A stretch of DNA of 37,230 nt, from the IMG/VR virus record IMGVR_UViG_3300025597_000002. One strand, 5' to 3'. Origin of the DNA: a virus. Every line of letters begins with the position of its first letter. Position 1 is the first letter of the stretch. Both the position numbers and the translations under genes were made by a program. Below are positions 1 through 8,363 of the stretch, in pieces. The notes below the pieces were generated by a model. The model searched no databases and had not been told where the DNA came from. It worked only from the letters and a program-made list of their open reading frames with translations.

Positions 1-192
1 TCGTACTTGTGCTTGTCGAACTGGTCGGCTGTTGCGTGGTCGTGCTGCTGGTTGTCGAGCTCGTGGTTGAGCTGCTGGTCGGTTGGCTGGTGGTCGTCGT
101 ACTTGTGCTTGTCGAACTGGTCGGCTGTTGCGTGGTCGTGCTGCTGGTTGTCGAGCTCGTGGTTGAGCTGCTGGTCGGTTGGCTGGTGGTCG
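1..192. repeat. 96-bp tandem repeat, two full copies (1-96, 97-192), encoding a 32-aa Thr/Ser/Gln/Pro unit on the minus strand
   Basis: Direct comparison: 1-96 is identical to 97-192, and divergence starts at 196. The period is a multiple of 3. Confidence 0.95.
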
Positions 193-3100
193 TCGAGGAA
201 CTGCTCGTGGTGCTCGAAGGAGGCGGCGGTGGCGGCGGGGGTGGCGGATTGATGCAGCGTGATGGATAGTCGTTGGTCCAGCCCTCCTCCGGATCCCAGA
301 CCGGTCCGGGGCCGGGCGGGGCCTCGCAGACACAACCTTGCGGGCAACCCTCGGTCAAGACCCACACGCGGTACCAGCTGGACCATTGCCAGAGGCAATC
401 GCCGCCGCAAGGCGCTTTCGTGGTGCTGGTGGTCCCCTGGCAGGGTGTCATGTCCCAGGCCCCGGGCGCCCTCGGCAGGCGGCTGGGTGGCGGGCAGCCG
501 GCGCAATTTTCCGAGCAGTTGTACTGATCGAGGATCCAGTGGGTCGCCGTGGCATCGGCCACCCAGCGGCAATCTCCGGTGCAGGGGCAGGTGCGGTTGA
601 TTAGTTCCTGGTCATCGGTGCAAGGGACGGCGAAATGTCCGACATTGACATATCCAGTCTCGTCCCCTGTGCAGTATTTGGGGCAACCACAACCACTGGG
701 ACAACGTCCTCCAGCAGGTACGATCTGTTTCCGTCCGTCTTCTGTCCAAACGATCTCATAGAAACACAGGCCCTGACAGAGGCACGTCGTGGTCGTTTGG
801 TTGGCGGGGATGCAATCCACGATCAGACTCATGTCCGCTGGAAATGGGTTGCCACCCCAACCCCAGTCGCAGGGCGGCGGGGCACATTGGCAACCGGGGG
901 CACAGTGATTTTGCACCCCGTAGCCGTACGGCCATCCAGAGGCCCAAATCTCGCAATACCCGAAGCACGCGCAGGTTGTGGTCGTAGCGGCCTGTTCGGA
1001 GGTCAGGCAACCCACGGAAATGGTCTGACCGGGGAGGACCTGGCGGCAGGGAGCCGGGGCACAGAGGCAGCCAGATTGGCAACTGTTTTGGACCAGTTGC
1101 AATCCCGATTCGGTGGCCGCATAGAGACAGAAGCCCGGGCAGGCGGTCGTGGTTGTCGTCGAACTCGTTGTCGTCGTGGAGGTCGACGTGGAGGTCGACG
1201 TCGATGTACTGGTGGTTGACGAGGTCCCCCGGCAAAGACTCTCCCGGCACTCGCCGACCAGTTCGCCATCGACAGGCGGCGGGGCGCAGGGGCATTCCGG
1301 CGGGCAATTCCCCCCGCCCCAGGCCGAGCCGTCCCAACTGACGATGCAGGGGGAGCCGCAGCCGGGTGTCGTTGAGGTCGGCGGTCGGACCGGCGGCGGG
1401 ACGGGCGGCGGGCAGTCGTAGGGCCAGGTCGTGGTCGTACTGACGCAGGTGCAGCGGCAGGGGGTGAAGGCCCGGTCGTCGCAGGTTGGATCGGCGGGGA
1501 GTTCGCTCGGCCGGTCGCAACCGCAGGCGATGCAGGCCGATCCATCAGGGCAGGGGCAGTTCCAGAGGCGGGAGCAATCGTAGGAGACGAGCAGCCACTT
1601 TTGCAGATCGACACTCCAGATCCACTGGCAGCCACCGCTACAGGGGATGCAGCCGACCTGGGTCGTTGTAGTTCCCGTACAGGCGGTGTGGGCCCGATCG
1701 CACTGATCCTCCGGCGGCCGATCCGGATAGGGGCACATGCACTGCGGACAGCAGTCGTGCTGGTAGAGGACCCAGGTCAAGGCCCCGCCCCAGCCGAGGA
1801 CCGCCTTCCAACCGCAACCGATGCAGCCTCTTTCGTCTGCCTCATCGGGACAGCAACAGGCCGGGGTGGTGCTCGTCGAACTCGTAATTGAGCCATCCGG
1901 GTTGGGGTTACACGGATGACCGGGCGGCCAGAGATTGACCCAGGAACTGGTCGTCGTCGGATCGCCGGTCGTCGTGCTCCCGCACTGCGGTGGGCTGGTC
2001 GGCTCATCCTGCGGGATGCAGTACGTTCTGGCGTACTGGCAATCCCCGCCCCCGCAAAATCCCGGATCAGCGCAGAGGCAACCGTCGCTGCAATCACTCT
2101 CGGAGAGCGTCCAGGCCAGATTCTCTTCGTCCCACTCCCAGAGGCAGCTTCCGGAACAGGGGGCGGTCGTGGTCGTGACGCAGGGGACGGTGATTTCCCA
2201 GTCGTCCTCGTCCCGGCAACGGGAGGGGGCCTCGAGGCACTGGCAACCTTCGGGGCAGGTGTCTTCCAGCAGACTGAGCTGGCCGTGATCGCACTTCCAG
2301 CGGCAGGTGCAGGGGTCACATTGCGGGTCCTTAGGCCAGGGATCACCGATCCCACCCGAGGGCGGCCGGGTGCTGCTCGTGGACGTGGTGGCCAAGACAT
2401 CCCGACAGGTGAGCTGGTATTCGGTCGGTTCCACCCAGCGGTGGAAGGGGGCGATCGTCACCAGGCCCCGTTCGAGATCGGTTTCGATCCAGTCGATGTC
2501 CGAGAAGAAGCCCCAGTTTCCACGATCGGGAACGACCACCGCCGGTCCCACGGATGGCCGTGCCCGGGCACGGAGGCTTGTGATCCGCTGGGCGATCGCC
2601 CGGGCGCAGGCCTCGGTCAGATTACAGGCGGAGTCTCGGTACCACCGCTCGCCGACGGTCGGTTCCTCCTCGTCGGTCTCTCGGAAATCGCGGATCTGCC
2701 AGTTCTGGAGCTGGCCCTTGCGGCAGGTGGGATAAGTGAGATAGAGCCGCTTTAGTTTGGGCAAATGTTCGGCCTGGAGATTAGCCCGTCCCGAAAGGAC
2801 CGTGTAGCCGGCCCGATCTTTCTTGTTTTCCTCATCGAAGAGGGGAACTTTGGTGAGATAGATCGTGAACTTGGCGGAGTCAAGGGACTGGTCGATGAAG
2901 CCGGCCACGGTGTAGCCGAGGCTGGCCGCGACGGCATCGAGGAGGACGGTCGCCGGTTGGCCGGGTGTCTCCCAGGCCTCCGGATCGGGATAGATCGGCG
3001 GGAGCGTGGTCGTTGTCGATGTGGAGGTCGTGGACGAGGTCGAGCTGGTCGAGGTGGAACTACTCGTCGTGGAGCTGCTGGTGCTCGTCGTTTTCGGCAG

Positions 3101-3850
3101 GCATTGGCGGCTGGTGGTGGTCGTCGTGGCCAGCTCGTCGGCCAGTTCCGGGACGAACTCTTTCGCCAGTTCTGGATTTTCGAGGAGATTGTCGAACAAG
3201 ACATAACCATCGTCGTCCACGACGAACGCGATCTCGGCGTGGAGGGCCTGCTGGATGGCGATGAGGATCTCTTTCCAGCCGGCGGGTTGGCGGAGGGGGA
3301 TATGGACAAACTGCCAGAAATATCGCGGGTCGACGAGGACCAAGAGGTACAGATCCTCATGTCCTGGGAGCGTTGTCGTCGTCTCCTCGTCAAGGCGACC
3401 CACGGCCGAGACGGGCAGGATGTCGATCGGCCGGCAGAGCAGGCTGCGATATCCCTCGCGATCGTCGGTGCGGAGAAAGAAGAAGAGGTCCTCGTCGAGA
3501 TGCTGATAGAGTCGCCGGGCATCGCTCCCCGTCACGAGGACGAGGGCCACGCCGAAGCGGGTCGCCCCGCTGGGGAGCCAGATCATGTTCAACTCCCATT
3601 GCGGGGGGAGGGCCTGGGCCCACCGCCACTGCGACCAACCGCCGAGGGGCGTCGGCTTCGTGGCCTGGGGAAAGAGCCGCGAGGGCAAGAACGGGCCTTC
3701 CGGCGGGGCGGTGTAGGGCCAGTGCCCGGCCGGCCAGTGGCGACGGAAATACCGTCGCAGACGGCGGTCGGAGCGGCCGTGCACGATCGGCACGGCGAAT
3801 TGGCCGAGGACCTGGAGGCTGGCTTGGAGGGGTACCGCATGGTCGGTCAT
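1..3850 (-). CDS. Giant tail-fibre-like protein, N-terminal and central part. The ORF leaves the window at nt 1 and continues at the other end. It is not in the supplied ORF track.
   Basis: Manual translation of the minus strand (codon first bases at positions = 1 mod 3). ATG at 3850-3848, 4 nt after the stop of ORF 3854..4342. No stop codon down to nt 1, checked line by line. The protein is coherent (MTDHAVPLQASLQVLGQFAVPIVHGRSD...), with Thr/Ser linkers and repeated Cys/Trp modules. Confidence 0.85.
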   Translation of the reverse strand, partial: MTDHAVPLQASLQVLGQFAVPIVHGRSDRRLRRYFRRHWPAGHWPYTAPPEGPFLPSRLFPQATKPTPLGGWSQWRWAQALPPQWELNMIWLPSGATRFGVALVLVTGSDARRLYQHLDEDLFFFLRTDDREGYRSLLCRPIDILPVSAVGRLDEETTTTLPGHEDLYLLVLVDPRYFWQFVHIPLRQPAGWKEILIAIQQALHAEIAFVVDDDGYVLFDNLLENPELAKEFVPELADELATTTTTSRQCLPKTTSTSSSTTSSSTSTSSTSSTTSTSTTTTLPPIYPDPEAWETPGQPATVLLDAVAASLGYTVAGFIDQSLDSAKFTIYLTKVPLFDEENKKDRAGYTVLSGRANLQAEHLPKLKRLYLTYPTCRKGQLQNWQIRDFRETDEEEPTVGERWYRDSACNLTEACARAIAQRITSLRARARPSVGPAVVVPDRGNWGFFSDIDWIETDLERGLVTIAPFHRWVEPTEYQLTCRDVLATTSTSSTRPPSGGIGDPWPKDPQCDPCTCRWKCDHGQLSLLEDTCPEGCQCLEAPSRCRDEDDWEITVPCVTTTTAPCSGSCLWEWDEENLAWTLSESDCSDGCLCADPGFCGGGDCQYARTYCIPQDEPTSPPQCGSTTTGDPTTTSSWVNLWPPGHPCNPNPDGSITSSTSTTPACCCPDEADERGCIGCGWKAVLGWGGALTWVLYQHDCCPQCMCPYPDRPPEDQCDRAHTACTGTTTTQVGCIPCSGGCQWIWSVDLQKWLLVSYDCSRLWNCPCPDGSACIACGCDRPSELPADPTCDDRAFTPCRCTCVSTTTTWPYDCPPPVPPPVRPPTSTTPGCGSPCIVSWDGSAWGGGNCPPECPCAPPPVDGELVGECRESLCRGTSSTTSTSTSTSTSTSTTTTSSTTTTTACPGFCLYAATESGLQLVQNSCQSGCLCAPAPCRQVLPGQTISVGCLTSEQAATTTTCACFGYCEIWASGWPYGYGVQNHCAPGCQCAPPPCDWGWGGNPFPADMSLIVDCIPANQTTTTCLCQGLCFYEIVWTEDGRKQIVPAGGRCPSGCGCPKYCTGDETGYVNVGHFAVPCTDDQELINRTCPCTGDCRWVADATATHWILDQYNCSENCAGCPPPSRLPRAPGAWDMTPCQGTTSTTKAPCGGDCLWQWSSWYRVWVLTEGCPQGCVCEAPPGPGPVWDPEEGWTNDYPSRCINPPPPPPPPPPSSTTSSSSTTTSQPTSSSTTSSTTSSTTTQQPTSSTSTSTTTTSQPTSSSTTSSTTSSTTTQQPTSSTSTST

Positions 3851-3853
3851 GGC

Positions 3854-4342
3854 TCACTCCAAGCTCCAATCGAATTCCACCAAAAACTCCACGGCAAAGC
3901 TGGCATATTCGATCTCGCCCCGGTTGCCGCGAAGCCACACGAGCGGCGTGGCGCTTGTGGCCGCGATCGTGCCGCGGAGGTTCCAGGCCGGGTTGTCCTG
4001 TCCCACCAGGGCCCGCAGCACCTTCTCTTTCCAGGCGAACATCCCGTCATCGGCATCGAGCAGGCGGACCTCATCCTGTCCCGGCCGATCCCGGCTGATT
4101 CTCAGAAAAAGCCGCACCCGGAAGCCCCAACGTTCGCAGACGTTGCCCGGGGTTTGTTCGTCGATGATGAACTGGCTTCCCAGCGGACTGAGGACGCAAA
4201 AGGTCGGATGCGGCGGGATGCGGGCCGGGGCCAGATCGTCGGAAGCCAGAAAGCAGGCCTCGGGCCCCAGTCCCAGACCGTTGCGGAGCAGGCCGAGGAT
4301 CCAACTGAGAATGTCTTGCGGTTTGGTATCGACGCGACTCAT
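3854..4342 (-). CDS. Hypothetical virion/tail protein (162 aa)
   Basis: ORF track. ATGA overlap with the upstream gene at 4339-4342. Lies between the tail-tip gene and the fibre gene. No recognised motif. Confidence 0.55.
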   Translation of the reverse strand: MSRVDTKPQDILSWILGLLRNGLGLGPEACFLASDDLAPARIPPHPTFCVLSPLGSQFIIDEQTPGNVCERWGFRVRLFLRISRDRPGQDEVRLLDADDGMFAWKEKVLRALVGQDNPAWNLRGTIAATSATPLVWLRGNRGEIEYASFAVEFLVEFDWSLE

Positions 4343-6228
4343 AAGGCCCTAACCTCCCCGTGGCTTTCCAGGCTCAAGGATTGGATCGGCGTCCAACCCG
4401 GCGCATCGTCCTTGATGTGGGGCAGGCGGCCGACCGGCCAGGCCGCGGCAGTCTCATCGCTCGGCGGCAGGCGATCCAGGGCATAGCGATAATAGGCCCG
4501 GATGCGATAAATGAGTTCGTCGCCCATCGGGGACGTCACGGGTGGGAGCAGCTCCACATTCCAATCGAGGAGAAAGCCGCGGACACCGTTGGGGTCTTCG
4601 TAGTCGATCGGGGCGGGAATCTTCGGCATCTCGCCATAGCGCTCGGCGTCGAAGACGATCCGCCGTTCGGCCTTTCCGGCCCCCAATTTGACCACAACGG
4701 CCGTTGTTCCGTCGTCTGCCACTCGCGATCGTTCCAGGTGGCCCCGCCCCTTGCGGATCCTGTAGACACTCTTCATCCGGGCATAGGTGTAGTGGGCCTG
4801 CCGGTGCTCGTCCGACCACTTGCTCTCGTTCTCTCCGGCCGGCTCGGGGACCTCCTCCACCCGCTGGACGAGCGTCTCGGGTTGCTCGGGCCGGAGCGTC
4901 TCATCCGGGACCCCGGCCGGGGCCGGCCACCAGCCGGTGGCATGCCAGGGATGATAGGGCCGCTGCAGGTAGCACTGGAAGATCGCCACGGCCGCCGGAT
5001 CACGCTGGTCGCCCCAGGTGTTATAGCCGTACGGGGCCGGCATCCAGGAGAGATTGGGATCATAACGGTCAAAGGGTGGATCGCCGGCGGCGGGGATCGG
5101 CCACGGCTCGAGGCCCTTCAGGTCATGGCCGATGTTGAAGACCTCATCGAAAAAGTTCTGGACCTTGACCTGGTCCCCCGGCGGTGTGTATTGATACTCG
5201 AGGTTGATCTGGACCTCATTCAGTTCACCGATGTTTTCACTCAGTTCGCAATTGATGGGAAGCCAAGTGTACTTGGCCAGTTCCTGCCGCTTCTTCAAAA
5301 ATCCGGTGAGGGCGTCCACGATCTGGACCGCCCGCACAAAGAGGACCCGGCGTGAGACGTGGGGCGGCCCCAACAGCCGCACTTGACAAAGCCCACCGAA
5401 TTGCGTCCCCATCTGGGTCCGCTTACTGTTGCGGACCTCCATCTTGGTGGCCGGCCAAGGGGCCGCGGTGTGGACCTGCCGGTCCACCACTTCATAGTCG
5501 GCGGAAAGCCCATCCTCTTTGACGGCGTAGCGGAGCCGCTGCCGCCTAAAGCCCGCCTCGAGGGCCGGGACCATCAGCCAGCGGTAATCGTAGCCCAGTT
5601 GGGCCACCGGCTTGGAGAGCCTCAGACTGCCGCGGATCGTCCGCGTCAAGAAGAAATTCTCATCGAGTTCTTCTTCCACCGCCCAGCGGTTATCGAGGAC
5701 GACGCCGAGGACCCCCTGACCCTGTTCCAAGTGGGAAGGGCGGTCGGGCGTGCTGGGAAGTTCGAGCTTCTGGCACTGGACCTGCCAACTGACCTTCATC
5801 GCGCGCGTCCCGATCGCCCCGATGATTTCTAGACTGAGCGGCTGCGGGCCATGCGCTAGATCCCGATCCGGATCGTCCGGATTCTCGATCGCAGGGACAC
5901 AGCGAAAGACGGTGGCCGATCCCACGGCCCCATTGGGCTGCTCAATGAGTTGCTCGACAACCAAGGGATGCCGCGGGTCCATGAGGGCCTGACGGGCGTC
6001 CAGCCAGATGTCATGTTTGCTGTGCGGGACGAGCGTCTGGCAGAAGACGTTGGGGCTCTTCCCCTCGTATCCGCTGTAACTGGCCAGGTCAGTGATGACG
6101 CCTTCGAAGGTCATCGTGAAACGCGAATACCAGGGGTCGCTTTGGGTGGGGTCGTAGATCACCTCCTGGCGGAAGGCCTTCGTAAGGACGTTTTTCAAAA
6201 CGATCTTATTGTAGGTGACAATGATCAT
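4339..6228 (-). CDS. Tail tip/baseplate-type structural protein (629 aa), called by position only
   Basis: ORF track. It immediately follows the tape measure gene with a 4-nt overlap. No family recognised. Confidence 0.55.
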   Translation of the reverse strand: MIIVTYNKIVLKNVLTKAFRQEVIYDPTQSDPWYSRFTMTFEGVITDLASYSGYEGKSPNVFCQTLVPHSKHDIWLDARQALMDPRHPLVVEQLIEQPNGAVGSATVFRCVPAIENPDDPDRDLAHGPQPLSLEIIGAIGTRAMKVSWQVQCQKLELPSTPDRPSHLEQGQGVLGVVLDNRWAVEEELDENFFLTRTIRGSLRLSKPVAQLGYDYRWLMVPALEAGFRRQRLRYAVKEDGLSADYEVVDRQVHTAAPWPATKMEVRNSKRTQMGTQFGGLCQVRLLGPPHVSRRVLFVRAVQIVDALTGFLKKRQELAKYTWLPINCELSENIGELNEVQINLEYQYTPPGDQVKVQNFFDEVFNIGHDLKGLEPWPIPAAGDPPFDRYDPNLSWMPAPYGYNTWGDQRDPAAVAIFQCYLQRPYHPWHATGWWPAPAGVPDETLRPEQPETLVQRVEEVPEPAGENESKWSDEHRQAHYTYARMKSVYRIRKGRGHLERSRVADDGTTAVVVKLGAGKAERRIVFDAERYGEMPKIPAPIDYEDPNGVRGFLLDWNVELLPPVTSPMGDELIYRIRAYYRYALDRLPPSDETAAAWPVGRLPHIKDDAPGWTPIQSLSLESHGEVRAL

Positions 6229-7649
6229 TTTTTTGGACGTTTGTTGAAGGGTTCATCCGGCTTGCGGCGGGGAACCATCGCCACACGGGCGTCCCGCATC
6301 CGTTCCAGATAATGGAACCACCAATCGGCCGGCGATTTACCCTCGAGGTTGATTCCGACATGCTTCTCAATCGTTTTCAGCACGGCATCCAATCCGCGGT
6401 TGAGCGGTCCGGCGGCTTGCTCAAGGAGTTTTAACCCAGTGGCCACTTTGATCATCTCGCCTGCGACCAGTTTCGCCATGCCAGCGAGGTTTCCGAGATT
6501 GGCCCCCAGGATGCGGAGTTGTTCCCCTTCCCGCCGGTAACGTTCCGCCATCGCGGCATACAGGCGCGTCGATTGGTAGGTCCCTTCCGCCACCCGCCGC
6601 TGCTCCTGGAGGCGGGCGGCCTGGAGTTGGGCCGCCAATCCGGCCATCCCGGAATGGACGTAGCGGAAGGATTCGGCCGTCTGCTGGATCGTGAGGACGG
6701 TTTGCTCCAGCCCCCTGGCCCAGCGGACCAGGGAGACCAGGGCCGCCGCCAGGGCCGTGCCGAAGGCCAAGACGACCCCGATGGGACCGGTCAGGGCCGA
6801 GGCCACCCCCGCCACGGCCCCGCCGGCCTGACCGATGGCCCCCACGACATTCGCCCCGCGGGCCAAGGCCGTGAGGGAAATCCCCGCCGCCCGGGCGGCC
6901 TGAATGGCTTGCGGCGAACGCATTACGGTTGGGGCCCGTTGCAAGGTCGTGGCCAATTGCCGGACGTTCCCCCGCTCGGCGAATTGCGTCAGGGCCCGCC
7001 CCACGTACTGCCGCAAGGGGGAACGACTCCGCTCCAGTCTCCACCGCCAGACCCGCCCCCGCCGCGTCCAGAGGAGATCTTGAAGCTTGCTGGCCAGACC
7101 CGCTGCCCGACGCTGCGGACCTCTCAGGCGTCGCAGCCGTTGGCGGGCTATTGGCGACCGGGACATGGGAGCAGGTTGAATGGCGGACCGCTCCGCCTTC
7201 TCCAAATGTCGGGCGATCTTTTCCGCCGAGGGATTGAGTTTCGTTAACTGTTCGACCAGCCCGGGATTCGCTTCCTTCCCAATCAATTCGCGGACTAGCG
7301 AGCCCGCAGCGGCCGTTTCTGTTCGTGGTGGCAAAAGAGCCGCGGTTGTCTCTTGTTGTAATTGTTCTTTTTGAGATGTTATCGGTTTAGCCCCAACGGC
7401 AGAACGGAGGGCCTCGCTCAGCTGGCGGGCGTTGAGTTCGCGGAAGCGATCGAGATTGACGATCGTGCTCTCGGCCTGCCCTCTCCGAAGGTCCGGCCGA
7501 CCTGCTGACGGAATCGCCGCTATTTGGGATTGGGCCTGGAGCTGCTGGGCGATCTGCGCAAGCTGTTCCCGCCCCTGGGTGAGGGCCTTCTCGAGGGCCT
7601 CCGCCCCGCGGACGATTTCATCGACGATCTGCGCGAATTCACCCAACAT
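6225..7649 (-). CDS. Tape measure protein (474 aa)
   Basis: Directly downstream of the frameshifted chaperone pair. Long helical Gln/Ala/Leu/Arg-rich sequence with a Gly/Ala-rich hydrophobic core (GPIGVVLAFGTALAAALVSLV). Confidence 0.7.
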   Translation of the reverse strand: MLGEFAQIVDEIVRGAEALEKALTQGREQLAQIAQQLQAQSQIAAIPSAGRPDLRRGQAESTIVNLDRFRELNARQLSEALRSAVGAKPITSQKEQLQQETTAALLPPRTETAAAGSLVRELIGKEANPGLVEQLTKLNPSAEKIARHLEKAERSAIQPAPMSRSPIARQRLRRLRGPQRRAAGLASKLQDLLWTRRGRVWRWRLERSRSPLRQYVGRALTQFAERGNVRQLATTLQRAPTVMRSPQAIQAARAAGISLTALARGANVVGAIGQAGGAVAGVASALTGPIGVVLAFGTALAAALVSLVRWARGLEQTVLTIQQTAESFRYVHSGMAGLAAQLQAARLQEQRRVAEGTYQSTRLYAAMAERYRREGEQLRILGANLGNLAGMAKLVAGEMIKVATGLKLLEQAAGPLNRGLDAVLKTIEKHVGINLEGKSPADWWFHYLERMRDARVAMVPRRKPDEPFNKRPKK

Positions 7650-8237
7650 CGCTGGCCATCCCTCGTGTCAATCCCTCTTCCAACTGGCGATAGGCCGCCA
7701 GTCGTTCCGCCTCCAGTTTGGCCTGCTCCTCGTTGGCCAAGAGGGCCAGCAGGGCCGCTTGCGGAATCTCGCCAAGCGCCATCCCTGCTCCCCGATAGAC
7801 CGCCCAGGCCTGCTGCCAGAGGCGGTGGTCCCGCATCATCTCCAGGGCCAGCCGCCAGGCCGGATCGGTCAGGCTCGGTCCGCCGATGCGGAGGACCTCC
7901 CACCCCCAGAGGCCGACGAGGTCGATCCAGGAAAAAAACGTTCCCGGACCTCCCGCAAAAAGCCGTCGAACTCCGCAAAGACGTTCACGACCTCGGCCTC
8001 GCTGAGACCCTTTCCCGTTGACGGGTCGAAGCCTTTCAGTTGGAAAATCTCCCTCAGTAAGGCCACGAACTCGTCGGCCTCCGGATGCCGCTGTTCGTCC
8101 CAGGCCGTCGCCAGGACGACCAGCCGGTCGGCCTCCGCCCGCAAGCGGCGATAAAGTGGCAATGGATCCGCCGCCACCCATGTTTCCCCATTGAAATAGC
8201 GAAAAAGGAGCCTGCGGCGACGAAACGGCCAGATCAT
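7639..8237 (-). CDS. Tail assembly chaperone, gpGT-like product made by a -1 frameshift (about 199 aa)
   Basis: The -1 frame is open from the slippery site to 7639 (...RERFF/SWIDLVGLWGWEVLRIGGPSLTDPAW...) and ends 11 nt inside the tape measure gene. Confidence 0.6.
7869..8237 (-). CDS. Tail assembly chaperone, gpG-like short product (122 aa)
   Basis: ORF track. Lies just upstream of the tape measure gene and contains the slippery heptamer. Confidence 0.65.
   Translation of the reverse strand: MIWPFRRRRLLFRYFNGETWVAADPLPLYRRLRAEADRLVVLATAWDEQRHPEADEFVALLREIFQLKGFDPSTGKGLSEAEVVNVFAEFDGFLREVRERFFPGSTSSASGGGRSSASADRA
7932..7938 (-). promoter_or_regulatory. Slippery heptamer T TTT TTT for -1 programmed ribosomal frameshifting
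   Basis: Seven A on the plus strand at 7932-7938. The zero frame reads CGT TTT TTT CCT. The -1 frame reads ACG TTT TTT TCC TGG. Confidence 0.6.
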
Positions 8238-8363
8238 CCTTCAACCTCCTTGTCGCTGGGTGGCGGGGCCGTGGTTTGTTCGGGCCCATACGACTCCCAG
8301 GGCGCGATGGTGGTCGTCGTGATCGGCTCCTGTCCTGATCCCCAAAGCGGCATGATGGACCTC

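Noticed and set aside
1-192. The 96-bp tandem repeat and identical termini as a CRISPR array, or as physical direct terminal repeats/cos
   Set aside because: There are no spacers, and the repeats are contiguous, in frame and code for a Thr/Ser stalk. The terminal identity is an assembly overlap within that coding repeat.
7-4486. Numerous plus-strand and off-frame ORFs in the track (for example 2765..4486 at 573 aa, 635..1219, 1916..2755, 756..1520 minus)
   Set aside because: They are low-complexity Arg/Gly/Pro/Val-rich shadows of the single long minus-strand fibre ORF. None has a coherent protein-like sequence, and they overlap each other.
6421-7247. ORFs 6421..7044 (minus, off-frame) and 6519..7247 (plus) within the tape measure region
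   Set aside because: They are Gly/Arg/Pro-rich shadow ORFs that overlap the coherent helical tape measure ORF.
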